A DNA stretch of 64,000 bases from Thiobacillus sp. (lineage in GTDB: Bacteria > Pseudomonadota > Gammaproteobacteria > Burkholderiales > Thiobacillaceae): contig WGNC01000013.1 of NCBI GenBank assembly GCA_016124745.1, positions 2,378-66,377 on the forward strand. The letters run 5' to 3'. Shown one piece after another: positions 1 to 9,238 of the stretch; the first letter of the stretch is position 1; each line of letters starts with the position of its first letter. The notes under the pieces are model-generated. The model made no database searches and was not told the DNA's origin. It saw only the letters and a program-made list of their open reading frames with translations. The position numbers were made by a program, and so were the translations under genes.

Positions 1-798
1 CTTTGGCCGCCCAGGGCGATTAACGACCTCACCGCCCAATTGATCCCGGCAACGCAGGCCGCCCGCGCCCGCGTGGTCTGCCGCGAACCGGCGGTGATCG
101 CCGGCCGGCCTTGGTTCGACGCCTGTTTTCGGGTGCTCGACCCGGGTTGCGGCATTAACTGGCAAGTTAAGGAAGGCGATTGGGTCGCCACTGGCGCCGT
201 GCTGGTGGAAATCAGCGGCAATGCCCGCGCCCTGCTGACCGCCGAGCGCCCGGCGCTGAATTTCCTGCAGACCCTGTCGGCCGTGGCCACGGCCACCCGC
301 CCCTATGTCGCGGCCGTGGCCGGCACCCATGCCGCCATCCTCGACACCCGCAAGACCCTGCCCGGCCTGCGCATCGCCGAAAAATACGCGGTTCGGGTGG
401 GCGGCGGGCAAAACCAGCGGGTGGGCCTGTACGACGGCATCCTGATCAAGGAGAACCACATCACGGCGGCCGGCGGCATCGCGCCGGTGATGCAGGCCGC
501 TCTAAAGCTGGCAGCCGGCAGGGTCAGCGTTCAAATCGAGGTCGAAACGCTGGCGCAGCTGCGCGAAGCCCTCTCCGCTGGCGCGGAACTGATCCTGCTG
601 GACAATTTCGACCTGGAGCAGATGCACGAGGCGGTCGCACTGACCGCCGGCCGCGCCCTGCTCGAAGCCTCCGGCAACATCACGCTGGAAACCGTGCGCG
701 CGGTGGCCGAAACCGGGGTCGACCGCATCTCCATCGGTGGGCTCACCAAGCATGTCCACGCGGTCGATCTGTCGATGCGCATCGACAGCGATGATTGA
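1..798 (+). CDS. nadC: Nicotinate-nucleotide pyrophosphorylase (carboxylating), 5' end incomplete or at window edge
   Basis: Motifs DTRKTLPG, NQRVGLYDGILIKENH, IQIEVET, ILLDNF, EASGNI; frame 1 is open from base 1. Confidence 0.93.
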   Translation, partial: LWPPRAINDLTAQLIPATQAARARVVCREPAVIAGRPWFDACFRVLDPGCGINWQVKEGDWVATGAVLVEISGNARALLTAERPALNFLQTLSAVATATRPYVAAVAGTHAAILDTRKTLPGLRIAEKYAVRVGGGQNQRVGLYDGILIKENHITAAGGIAPVMQAALKLAAGRVSVQIEVETLAQLREALSAGAELILLDNFDLEQMHEAVALTAGRALLEASGNITLETVRAVAETGVDRISIGGLTKHVHAVDLSMRIDSDD

Positions 799-1273
799 AA
801 TTGTCCGCACCCGCTACGACGATCCGATCCACGCCGCCGCGCTGGTCGACTTGCTGGACGCCTACGCCCGCGACCCGGCGGGCGGCGGCGAACCCCTTTC
901 GGATTTCGCTCGCGCCCATCTGATCAGCCAGCTCGCCGCACGGCCCTTCGTCTTCAGTGTGCTGGCATTCGACGGCGTCACGCCGGTCGGCCTCGTCAAC
1001 GCCATCGAAGGCTTTTCAACGTTTGCCTGTCGCCCGTTGGTCAATGTGCATGACGTCGTGGTCGCGTCGAGGCATCGCGGGCGCGGCATTGCGGTGGCCA
1101 TGTTCGCCGAGGTCGAAGCCATCGCCCGCGAGCGCGGCGCCTGCAAGCTGACGCTGGAGGTTCTGTCCGGCAACCGCGCCGCACGGTCGCTCTACGAAAA
1201 GCTGGGGTTCGACGACTACCGGCTCGACCCGGGCATGGGGCACGCTCAGTTCATGCAGAAATGGCTCGACTAG
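791..1273 (+). CDS. GNAT family N-acetyltransferase
   Basis: Acetyl-CoA motif VNVHDVVVASRHRGRGIA and NRAARSLYEKLGF; ATG at 791 overlaps the nadC end. Confidence 0.85.
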   Translation: MIEIVRTRYDDPIHAAALVDLLDAYARDPAGGGEPLSDFARAHLISQLAARPFVFSVLAFDGVTPVGLVNAIEGFSTFACRPLVNVHDVVVASRHRGRGIAVAMFAEVEAIARERGACKLTLEVLSGNRAARSLYEKLGFDDYRLDPGMGHAQFMQKWLD

Positions 1274-2124
1274 GACGCACGCTGGCTGCGCTGGCGTTGG
1301 CATGGGCTGCGTGGCTGCCGTGTCCGGCCGGAGCCGACACGCCGCCGACTACGGCCCCGGCGATGCTGCTTGCCGAGGTCTATGCCGCCGGTGTCGACGT
1401 CACGCAATACTGGATCAGCGAAAAATTCGACGGTGTGCGGGCCCAGTGGGATGGAAGCGCGCTGCGCTTTCGCGGTGGCGGCATTGTTCCCGCACCGCCG
1501 TGGTTCACCGCGGATTTTCCGGCGGTGCCGCTGGACGGCGAACTGTGGATCGCCCGCGACCGGTTCGACACGCTGTCGGGCACGGTACGCAAACTCGAAC
1601 CGGTGGCTGCCGAATGGCGACAGGTGCACTACCTCGTGTTCGAGTTGCCGGGGGCGGCGGGCGACTTCAGCGACCGCATCCGGCAGATGCAACTGCTCAT
1701 CGAGGAAGCCGCCGTACCCTGGCTGAAAGTCGTCGAGCAATCGCGCGTGGCCGACCATGCCGCACTGAAACACCGGCTTAATACGGTGGTGCGCAATGGC
1801 GGCGAAGGCCTGATGCTGCACCGTGCCGACGCGCCTTATATCACCGGCCGCAGCGACGCGCTGCTGAAGCTGAAACCCTGGCAGGATGCCGAAGCGGTCG
1901 TTGTCGGCCATGTCCCCGGCAAAGGAAAATACCGGGGCATGACCGGCGCGCTGCAGATGGAAATGGCAGACGGAAAACGCTTCCGCATCGGCAGCGGCCT
2001 CTCCGACGCGCTGCGCCGCCAGCCGCCGCCCATCGGCACCCGCATCACCTATCGATATCAGGATCTGACAAAGAACGGCCTGCCCCGCTTTCCGCGCTAC
2101 CAGCGGGTGCGGGAAGACCTCTAG
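1261..2124 (+). CDS. Minimal ATP-dependent DNA ligase with N-terminal signal peptide (Lig E type)
   Basis: KxDG motif (SEKFDGVRA), GEGLMLH, LLKLKP, C-terminal OB fold (FRIGSG, ITYRYQ, PRFPRY); hydrophobic N-terminus ending in PAGA. Confidence 0.88.
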   Translation: MARLGRTLAALALAWAAWLPCPAGADTPPTTAPAMLLAEVYAAGVDVTQYWISEKFDGVRAQWDGSALRFRGGGIVPAPPWFTADFPAVPLDGELWIARDRFDTLSGTVRKLEPVAAEWRQVHYLVFELPGAAGDFSDRIRQMQLLIEEAAVPWLKVVEQSRVADHAALKHRLNTVVRNGGEGLMLHRADAPYITGRSDALLKLKPWQDAEAVVVGHVPGKGKYRGMTGALQMEMADGKRFRIGSGLSDALRRQPPPIGTRITYRYQDLTKNGLPRFPRYQRVREDL

Positions 2125-2257
2125 GGAGACGCTGATTAATTGGGTCCGTTCGCCCTGAGCTTGTCGAAGGGCATTGCATGTGATTAATTTTGTTTGATTT
2201 ATCCTGTTCATGGTTCGACAAGCTCACCACGAACGGAATAAATCAGCGCTCCCCTAG
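2121..2257. mobile_element. MITE/REP-like non-autonomous palindromic element
   Basis: CTAG at both ends; imperfect terminal inverted repeats (17/22 matches, 2121-2142 vs 2236-2257); inner inverted repeat 2146-2168 vs 2214-2236 (20/23); AT-rich core. Confidence 0.7.
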
Positions 2258-2360
2258 GCACACAAGAAAGTTCTGAATGCCTCAGACACAGACTCTTCAG
2301 CCGAACCCCTATATCCAAAAACTAACAAGGGCCAGCGTTTCGATATTCCTTCATCCGATG

Positions 2361-2951
2361 TCACTTTCCCTTTAGTAACTCCCGCTGCTGCTCGGTAAGT
2401 ACGGCGTTGACCTGCTTCTGGGTGCTGAGCAACTGGTCAAACATCTCCTGCCGCAGATCTGTCATCTTCTTGAAGATCGCGCTGAGGGCCGCTTCATCGC
2501 TATTGTTCGAGGCGAGCAACGCGCGCATCTGCAACATCTCGGCCTGCATCTTGCCCATCAGTTCCGTATGCTTCTGCCGCAGATCATTCTGGATCTTGGC
2601 GATCTGGCTGCCTTGCTCTTCGGTGAGACCCAGTTCAGGACCGACACTGTAGAAGCCCATCATGCCGGGGCCCATACCCCGGCCCATCATACCGGGACCC
2701 ATCATCATGCCGGGGCCCATGCCGTAGCCCCCCATCCCGGGACCCATGCCGTAGGGCATCATGCCAGGGGCCATCATGCCAGGCCCCATGCCATAGCCAC
2801 CCATCATGCCGGGGCCCATGCCGTAGCCCCCCATCCCGGGACCCATGCCGTAGCCCGGATAGTAAGGCTGGGCCATCACGTTTGCTGTCACAAGGCTTGT
2901 GCCCATCAATGCGGCAGCGGCAAACGCCTTGCGAAGGTTCATGTATGTCAT
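2361..2951 (-). CDS. Periplasmic Spy/CpxP/ZraP-like protein with Gly/Met-rich repeat region
   Basis: Signal peptide ending NVMA; GYGMGPGM repeats; helical C-domain LGLTEEQ...VLTEQQR typical of the LTxxQ family. Start may be 2942. Confidence 0.75.
   Translation of the reverse strand: MTYMNLRKAFAAAALMGTSLVTANVMAQPYYPGYGMGPGMGGYGMGPGMMGGYGMGPGMMAPGMMPYGMGPGMGGYGMGPGMMMGPGMMGRGMGPGMMGFYSVGPELGLTEEQGSQIAKIQNDLRQKHTELMGKMQAEMLQMRALLASNNSDEAALSAIFKKMTDLRQEMFDQLLSTQKQVNAVLTEQQRELLKGK
2703..2853. repeat. Perfect 52-bp direct repeat (2703-2754 and 2802-2853), period 99 bp, in frame
   Basis: catcatgccggggcccatgccgtagccccccatcccgggacccatgccgtag occurs twice identically. Confidence 0.9.
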
Positions 2952-3084
2952 GTCTAAGCTCCTTTCAGGATTGGAAAATCATGTTCACTGCAACCTCCAT
3001 CAACAACGATTAGCCAGGCTTGGAGTGCGCACAGGCTGCTACCTATACACGACGACATCGTCGTCAATTGGTTCATTTTCCTTG

Positions 3085-3272
3085 TCATCCGATGATCCAT
3101 CCCACCAGGCACGCAACAGCGACCACAAGCAGGATCGTAAACCATGGGCCGCCGTACCCCATCCAGCCGCCGCCCCAGGTGCCACCGCCCATCATGTTCC
3201 GCACTATGCAGAAGAAACACCGCGGGCCAACAGGGGCGCCGCGCCGTGAGTTACAACAAGCAGGTTTTTCAC
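3085..3272 (-). pseudogene. Small exported/membrane protein split by a stop and frameshift
   Basis: GGAG RBS and GTG at 3272 give MKNLLVVTHGAAPLLARGVSSA then TAG (3204-3206); another frame continues MMGGGTWGGGWMGYGGPWFTILLVVAVACLVGWIIG* (3195-3085). Confidence 0.55.
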
Positions 3273-3676
3273 GATTGCTCCAGACTCGAACGAGCCAAAC
3301 AGGAAGCTGACCCGGCCAAGGGCACGAAAGGCTGAATCAAAAGCCGGCCAAACAGCTCGTTCAGTCAATGCAAGCCAACCCCGTCGGGTCTCTTCAACCA
3401 TTGCAGCGACCCCCAGCGCAGGAAGAATCGCACACGCCCCACACCGACTGCTTGAATATAGACTGTCAAATGGCTGCCGTCTGTATGGTATCCAAGTCAA
3501 TCCTGTTTCCAGGCCCGATTTGACTTTTGTTGGCAATGGCGTCGTCGCATTGCTGCAGCGCCATCCGCAGCGGCTTCTGGAGAACGGCTGGTTTCAGACC
3601 ACGGTTTCCAGCCATGTCTCGAAGGCTGCTATCGAACCGACCCGGGGATATTCGCGAGCTCTGACCCAAGTGGGGG

Positions 3677-4411
3677 CTATGGACGCGCGTCCAGCCAGAT
3701 CAATGCCGCCATGCGTCCGGTCACCCCGTCGCGGCGATACGAAAAAAAGCTTTCCGTTTCGCTGAACGTGCAATGACCGCCGCCGTATAACGCCCGCACA
3801 CCGGCATGTTCCAGTCGAACCCCCGCAAGCCGATAGATGTCGGCCAGCCATTTGGGCGAGGCTTCGGACGCGGGCTGCGGGACAAAGGCAGCAGCGGCTG
3901 CGGGGTGCCGGTCGACGAAAGCCTGGCGCACCTCGTCGCCCACCTCGAACGCCTGCGGGCCAATGGCAGCGCCCATCCAGGCGAGGATCTGGTCCGGCGG
4001 CACCTGCATCGCAGCGACCGTGGCCTCCAGAATGCCTGCAGCCAGCCCGCGCCAGCCGGCGTGCGCGGCCGCCACGACGCTGCCGTCGCGGTCGCAGAAC
4101 AGCACCGGCAGACAGTCGGCCGTGAGCACGGCGCAGACCTGCCCTGTCTGCCGGGTGAAGGCCGCGTCGGCTTCCCTGCCCGGATCGTGGCCGAGCTCGA
4201 CCACGCGGGCGCTGTGGACCTGTTTCAGCCACCCCGGCTCGGCCGGCAGTTGCTGGCGCAGGCGGGCTCGGTTGGCAGACACATGGGCCGGCTCGTCGCC
4301 GACATGGTCGCCGAGGTTAAAGCTGGCCCACGGTGGACCGCTCATGCCACCGGTACGGTGGGTCATCAGGCTTTTTACCCCGGGCGGCGCAGGCCAGTCG
4401 GGCCGGAGCAT
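3677..4411 (-). CDS. pgeF: Peptidoglycan editing factor / purine nucleoside phosphorylase (YfiH)
   Basis: SFNLGDHVGD, LKQVHS, LTADCLPVLF, AHAGWRG, FFSYRRDG; follows rluD as usual. Confidence 0.93.
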   Translation of the reverse strand: MLRPDWPAPPGVKSLMTHRTGGMSGPPWASFNLGDHVGDEPAHVSANRARLRQQLPAEPGWLKQVHSARVVELGHDPGREADAAFTRQTGQVCAVLTADCLPVLFCDRDGSVVAAAHAGWRGLAAGILEATVAAMQVPPDQILAWMGAAIGPQAFEVGDEVRQAFVDRHPAAAAAFVPQPASEASPKWLADIYRLAGVRLEHAGVRALYGGGHCTFSETESFFSYRRDGVTGRMAALIWLDARP

Positions 4412-4415
4412 CGCC

Positions 4416-5393
4416 TTACTTGCCCCAGTCGGTGTTTGCGCGCAGGGCGTCGAGCAGCGAGGAAAAGTCGGGGGGAACGGGGCATTCCCACTGCATGTAT
4501 TCCTGGGTGATCGGATGGATCAGCCCCAACCGCTCGGCATGCAGCGCCTGGCGCGGAAACGGAATCTTGTGGTGGCTGCGGCGGCTGGCGGAATAGGTCT
4601 GCTCGCCGACCAGCGGGTGCCCGATGTGCTGCATGTGTACCCGGATTTGGTGGGTGCGGCCGGTTTCCAGCTTGCAGCGCAGCAGCGTCACGCCGGGAAA
4701 GCGCTCGACGACCACGTAATGGGTGACCGCTTCCTTGCCCATGCTGTGCACCGTGCGCTTGGTGCGGTTATGCGGGTCGCGCGCCAGCGGCGCGTTGATC
4801 GTTCCCGCGTTGTCGACTTCGCCGTACACCAGGGCGAGGTATTCGCGCTTGACGGTCCGCGCCTGTAACTGGCGCACCAGGTCGGTGTGTGACTTCAGGG
4901 TCTTGGCCACCACCAGCAGGCCGGAGGTATCCTTGTCGAGACGGTGCACGATTCCGGCGCGCGGCAGTTCGGCCACCTGCGGCACCCGGTGCAGCAGCGC
5001 GTTCAACAGCGTGCCGTGGCGGTTGCCACTGCCGGGGTGGACCACCAGGCCGACCGGCTTGTTGATCACCAGCAACACCGGATCCTCGAACACCACGTCG
5101 AGCGGGATGGCTTCCGGGGCATCGGCGGTGGCATTCGGATCGGGCTCGATTTCGACCCGCACCGCTTCGCCGCCGCTGACCTTCATCTTGGTGGTGCCCC
5201 AGCCATCGTCGACCACTATCTTGCGCGCACGGATCCAGTTCTGGATGCGGTTGCGCGAGAACTCCGGCAACATCGCAGTCAGGGCCTGGTCCAGCCGCTG
5301 GCCGCCCTGTTCGTTGGGGATCACCAGCCGGCGGATGTCGCCTTCGGTATTTCCCTTATAATCGACCGACGAATTTTCTGTGTCTTTTCCCAT
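4416..5393 (-). CDS. rluD: 23S rRNA pseudouridine synthase D
   Basis: S4 domain (RLDQAL), GIVHRLDKDTSG, LETGRTHQIRVH; start taken at ATG 5393, uncertain. Confidence 0.95.
   Translation of the reverse strand: MGKDTENSSVDYKGNTEGDIRRLVIPNEQGGQRLDQALTAMLPEFSRNRIQNWIRARKIVVDDGWGTTKMKVSGGEAVRVEIEPDPNATADAPEAIPLDVVFEDPVLLVINKPVGLVVHPGSGNRHGTLLNALLHRVPQVAELPRAGIVHRLDKDTSGLLVVAKTLKSHTDLVRQLQARTVKREYLALVYGEVDNAGTINAPLARDPHNRTKRTVHSMGKEAVTHYVVVERFPGVTLLRCKLETGRTHQIRVHMQHIGHPLVGEQTYSASRRSHHKIPFPRQALHAERLGLIHPITQEYMQWECPVPPDFSSLLDALRANTDWGK
5357..5362 (+). promoter_or_regulatory. Putative sigma-70 -10 box (TATAAT) for bamD, lying inside rluD
   Basis: Perfect TATAAT about 30 nt upstream of the bamD ATG at 5392. 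Confidence 0.5.
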
Positions 5394-6222
5394 GTTCAAG
5401 CAACGTATTTCCGGTTTTCACGCATTCAATCGGGTGCTGGGCAGTCTACTGCTGACTGCCACGCTTATCCTGGGTGGGTGTGGCCTGTTGCCCAAGGTCC
5501 AGGATGAAACCGCGGGCTGGTCGGCGCAGAAGCTCTACGCCACGGCCAAGGAGGAACTCAATGATGGCAACTACGAACGTGCCGTCAAGCTGTTCGAAAC
5601 GCTGGAAGCACGTTATCCCTTCGGCCGCTATGCACAACAGGCGCAACTGGATATCGCCTACGCCTATTACAAGGACAACGAGCCGATTTCCGCCATCGCC
5701 GCCTGCGACCGCTTCATCAAATTGCACCCCAATCACCCTAACGTCGATTACGCCTACTATCTGAAGGGACTGGCGAACTTTAATGACGACCTCGGCTATG
5801 TGGGCAACCTGGTCGAGCAGAACATGGGGGAGCGCGACCCCGTGGCCTCGCGCGACGCGTTTCTCACGTTCAAGGAACTGGTGACCCGCTTCCCCGACAG
5901 CAAGTACGCGGATGATGCGACCGCCCGCATGAAATTCCTGGTCAACACGATGGCCGATCACGAAGTCTACGTCGCCAGGTACTACCTGAAACGGAAAGCC
6001 TGGGTGGCTGCCGCCAACCGCGCCGCCGAGGTGGTCAAGACCTACCCCAACTCCCCGGCAAGGGAGGAAGCGCTGGGGATCATGATCATTGCCTACGACA
6101 AGCTGGAACTCCCCGAACTCAGCAAGGACGCCCAACGGGTATTGCTGCTCAATTTCCCGAATAGCCTGTATGCCACCCAGGGCGTCAACCTCGAGGGCAA
6201 GGCCTGGTACCGGTTCTGGTAA
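5392..6222 (+). CDS. bamD: Outer membrane protein assembly factor BamD
   Basis: Lipobox LGGC, TPR repeats, YPFGRYAQQAQL, HPNHPNVDYAYYLKG; divergent from rluD. Start uncertain (5380 or 5392). Confidence 0.95.
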   Translation: MFKQRISGFHAFNRVLGSLLLTATLILGGCGLLPKVQDETAGWSAQKLYATAKEELNDGNYERAVKLFETLEARYPFGRYAQQAQLDIAYAYYKDNEPISAIAACDRFIKLHPNHPNVDYAYYLKGLANFNDDLGYVGNLVEQNMGERDPVASRDAFLTFKELVTRFPDSKYADDATARMKFLVNTMADHEVYVARYYLKRKAWVAAANRAAEVVKTYPNSPAREEALGIMIIAYDKLELPELSKDAQRVLLLNFPNSLYATQGVNLEGKAWYRFW

Positions 6223-6239
6223 TCCTGACCCCCGAGTAC

Positions 6240-6272
6240 GCGTGCGGGCCGCCGTTACGCCGACCCGCACGC
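6240..6272. terminator. Hairpin between convergent bamD and glnB
   Basis: gcgtgcggg / cccgcacgc 9-bp stem; no U-tract. Confidence 0.35.
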
Positions 6273-6277
6273 CACGA

Positions 6278-6628
<351 letters not shown>

Positions 6629-6653
6629 TTAATCGGTTTGGGCGTTTCAGTTG

Positions 6654-6691
6654 CCCCCTCTCCCGCTCGCGGGGGAGGGCTGGGGAGGGGG
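6654..6691. repeat. REP-like GC-rich palindrome
   Basis: ccccctctcccgctcgcgggggagggctggggaggggg: hairpin plus G-runs in the nadE-glnB spacer. Confidence 0.5.
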
Positions 6692-6744
6692 AACTCGTTT
6701 TGCATAACTCGCTTTGCATAAGGATTCACGGTGGCTGACTGCAG

Positions 6745-8352
6745 CTAAGCGAGGTCGGGTCGGTATTTCGAGGTAATCGGATAGCGGCGGTCCTTGCCGA
6801 AATTGCGCGGCGAGATGCGCGGGCCGGGCGGTGCCTGGCGACGCTTGTACTCGGCGAGATCGACCATGCGGATGACCTTGCGCACGATCGCCGCGTCGTA
6901 TCCCAACGCGACGATGTCGCGTGCCGGCAGGTCGGCCTCGACATAGGCTGCCAGAATCGCATCGAGTATATCGTAAGGCGGCAGGCTGTCCTGATCGGTC
7001 TGGTCAGGCCGCAGTTCGGCCGACGGCGGCCGATCGATGATGCGCTGCGGGATGACCTGCGACAGGCTGTTGCGGTAATTCGCCAGACGGTACACCCGGG
7101 TTTTCGACACGTCCTTCAGCACCGCGAATCCGCCCGCCATGTCGCCGTACAGGGTAGCGTAGCCGACCGCCATTTCGCTCTTGTTGCCGGTGGTCAGCAC
7201 GAGCGAGCCGAACTTGTTCGACAACGCCATCAGCAGGGTACCACGCGCACGGGCCTGCAGGTTCTCTTCCGTGGTATCGGCCTTCAAGCCGGCAAACTCG
7301 CCCGCCAGCTGCGCCACGAAGGCATCGTAGATGGGCCGGATGGCAATCTCCGAATAGCGCACGCCGAGCCGGTTCACCATGTCGCGCGCATCCTCGACGC
7401 TGATCGACGCCGTGTAGCCCGACGGCATCATCACCGCATGCACCTTGTCCGCCCCCAGCGCATCGACGGCAATCGCAAGCGTCAGCGCCGAATCGATGCC
7501 GCCCGACAGTCCCAGATGCACGCCCTTGAAACCATTCTTGGCGAAATAATCGCGCACCGCCAGCACCAGCGCGTCATATACGGCGGCGTCTTCGCCAGGC
7601 AACGGATGGTGCGGACCGCTGCAGGTGTCGTCCGCGAGTTCGAGATAAAACAGCCCTTCGCGCCAGGCAGGACACTGGACTGCCACATCGCCAGCCGCGC
7701 TCATGGCAAACGACGCGCCGTCGAACACCAGTTCGTCCTGCCCGCCGACCATATTGCCGTATACGATCGGCAAGCCGGCCTCGGCGAGCCGCGAGCGCGC
7801 CACCGCAAGCCGCTCGCGCTCCTTGTTGAGATGGTAGGGCGAGGCGTTCGGCACCAGCAGCCAGTCGGCGCCCGCCTCCATCGCACGCAGCGCCGGCCCC
7901 GGTTCCCAGATGTCGCCGCAGATATTGATGCCGAAATTCAGCCCCCCGCAGGCGAACACACAGGGCACATTGCCGCTGTCGAAAACGCGCTGCTCGTCGA
8001 AGACGGAATGGTTCGGCAGATGGTGCTTGCGGTACACCGTCTCGACCCGGCCGCCGCGGATCAGCGCTGCAGCGTTGAACAGGCCGTCGTCGCTGCGTTC
8101 GGGGTAGCCGACGACCAGGGCCAGCGCTGAGGGGGCCTCGGCAGCCAGTTTCCGGACGGCCGCCTCGCACGCTGCCGTGAAATCACGCCGCAACACCAGA
8201 TCCTCTGCGGGATAGCCGCAGATCGACATCTCGGATGTGAGCAGCAATGCCGCGCCGGCAGCGTGCGCCTCGTTCGCCGCAGCCAGCAGCTTGGCGGCAT
8301 TGCCGGCGATGTCGCCGACGGTGAGGTTGAGTTGGGCGATGCCGAGTTTCAT
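6745..8352 (-). CDS. nadE: Glutamine-dependent NAD+ synthetase
   Basis: Nitrilase domain ([22 protein letters not shown]) plus [33 protein letters not shown]; start MKLGIAQ at 8352. Confidence 0.96.
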   Translation of the reverse strand: MKLGIAQLNLTVGDIAGNAAKLLAAANEAHAAGAALLLTSEMSICGYPAEDLVLRRDFTAACEAAVRKLAAEAPSALALVVGYPERSDDGLFNAAALIRGGRVETVYRKHHLPNHSVFDEQRVFDSGNVPCVFACGGLNFGINICGDIWEPGPALRAMEAGADWLLVPNASPYHLNKERERLAVARSRLAEAGLPIVYGNMVGGQDELVFDGASFAMSAAGDVAVQCPAWREGLFYLELADDTCSGPHHPLPGEDAAVYDALVLAVRDYFAKNGFKGVHLGLSGGIDSALTLAIAVDALGADKVHAVMMPSGYTASISVEDARDMVNRLGVRYSEIAIRPIYDAFVAQLAGEFAGLKADTTEENLQARARGTLLMALSNKFGSLVLTTGNKSEMAVGYATLYGDMAGGFAVLKDVSKTRVYRLANYRNSLSQVIPQRIIDRPPSAELRPDQTDQDSLPPYDILDAILAAYVEADLPARDIVALGYDAAIVRKVIRMVDLAEYKRRQAPPGPRISPRNFGKDRRYPITSKYRPDLA

Positions 8353-8362
8353 CGGATCGGTG

Positions 8363-9238
8363 TCAACGCGCGGCCAGCGCTGCCTGCACCGCCTGCCCCA
8401 GCCCCGCGGGACTTTGCGCGACAACGACGCCGGCGGCCTCCAGCGCGCGGATCTTGGCGTCGGCCGTGCCCGCACCGCCGGCGATGATGGCCCCGGCGTG
8501 GCCCATGCGCTTGCCCTTGGGCGCGGTGCGCCCCGCGATATAGGCGGCAACCGGCTTTTTCATGCTGGAACGAATGAACTCGGCCGCTTCTTCTTCGCGG
8601 TTGCCGCCGATTTCGCCGACCAGGATCACCGCTTCGGTCTGCGGATCGGCCTCGAACATCTGCAGGCAATCGATGAAATCCAGCCCCTTGATCGGGTCGC
8701 CACCGATGCCGACGCAGGTCGACTGCCCCAGGCCCAGTTGCGTGGTCTGGTGCACCGCTTCGTAGGTCAGCGTGCCGGAGCGCGAGACGATGCCGATCTT
8801 GCCTTTCTGGTGGATGACACCCGGCATGATGCCGATCTTGCACTCGCCCGAAGTGATGATGCCGGGGCAGTTGGGGCCGATCAGTTTCGCGCCGTTGGCC
8901 TTGAGAGCCGCCTTGACGTTGAGCATGTCCAGTACCGGGATGCCCTCGGTGATGCAGACGATGACCTCGATGCCCGCATCCGCCGCTTCCAGGATCGAAT
9001 CGGCGGCAAACGCGGCCGGCACATAGATCATGGTCGCCTGTGCGTGGGTCTGTCGCACCGCATCGCGCACGGTGTTGAAGACAGGCAGTTCGAGATGCGT
9101 CTGCCCGCCCTTGCCTGGGGTGACACCGCCGACCATCTTCGTGCCGTAGGCGATCGCCTGCTCGGAATGGAAGCTGCCCTGCTTGCCGGTGAAACCCTGG
9201 CAGATAACCTTGGTATTTTTGTTGACCAGAATGCTCAT
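8363..9238 (-). CDS. sucD: Succinyl-CoA synthetase alpha subunit
   Basis: [31 protein letters not shown]. Confidence 0.97.
   Translation of the reverse strand: MSILVNKNTKVICQGFTGKQGSFHSEQAIAYGTKMVGGVTPGKGGQTHLELPVFNTVRDAVRQTHAQATMIYVPAAFAADSILEAADAGIEVIVCITEGIPVLDMLNVKAALKANGAKLIGPNCPGIITSGECKIGIMPGVIHQKGKIGIVSRSGTLTYEAVHQTTQLGLGQSTCVGIGGDPIKGLDFIDCLQMFEADPQTEAVILVGEIGGNREEEAAEFIRSSMKKPVAAYIAGRTAPKGKRMGHAGAIIAGGAGTADAKIRALEAAGVVVAQSPAGLGQAVQAALAAR

Noticed and set aside
2954-3536. ORF-track 88-aa and 110-aa minus ORFs
   Set aside because: Each contains or shadows only part of the broken small gene; the RBS supports GTG 3272, not the longer starts.
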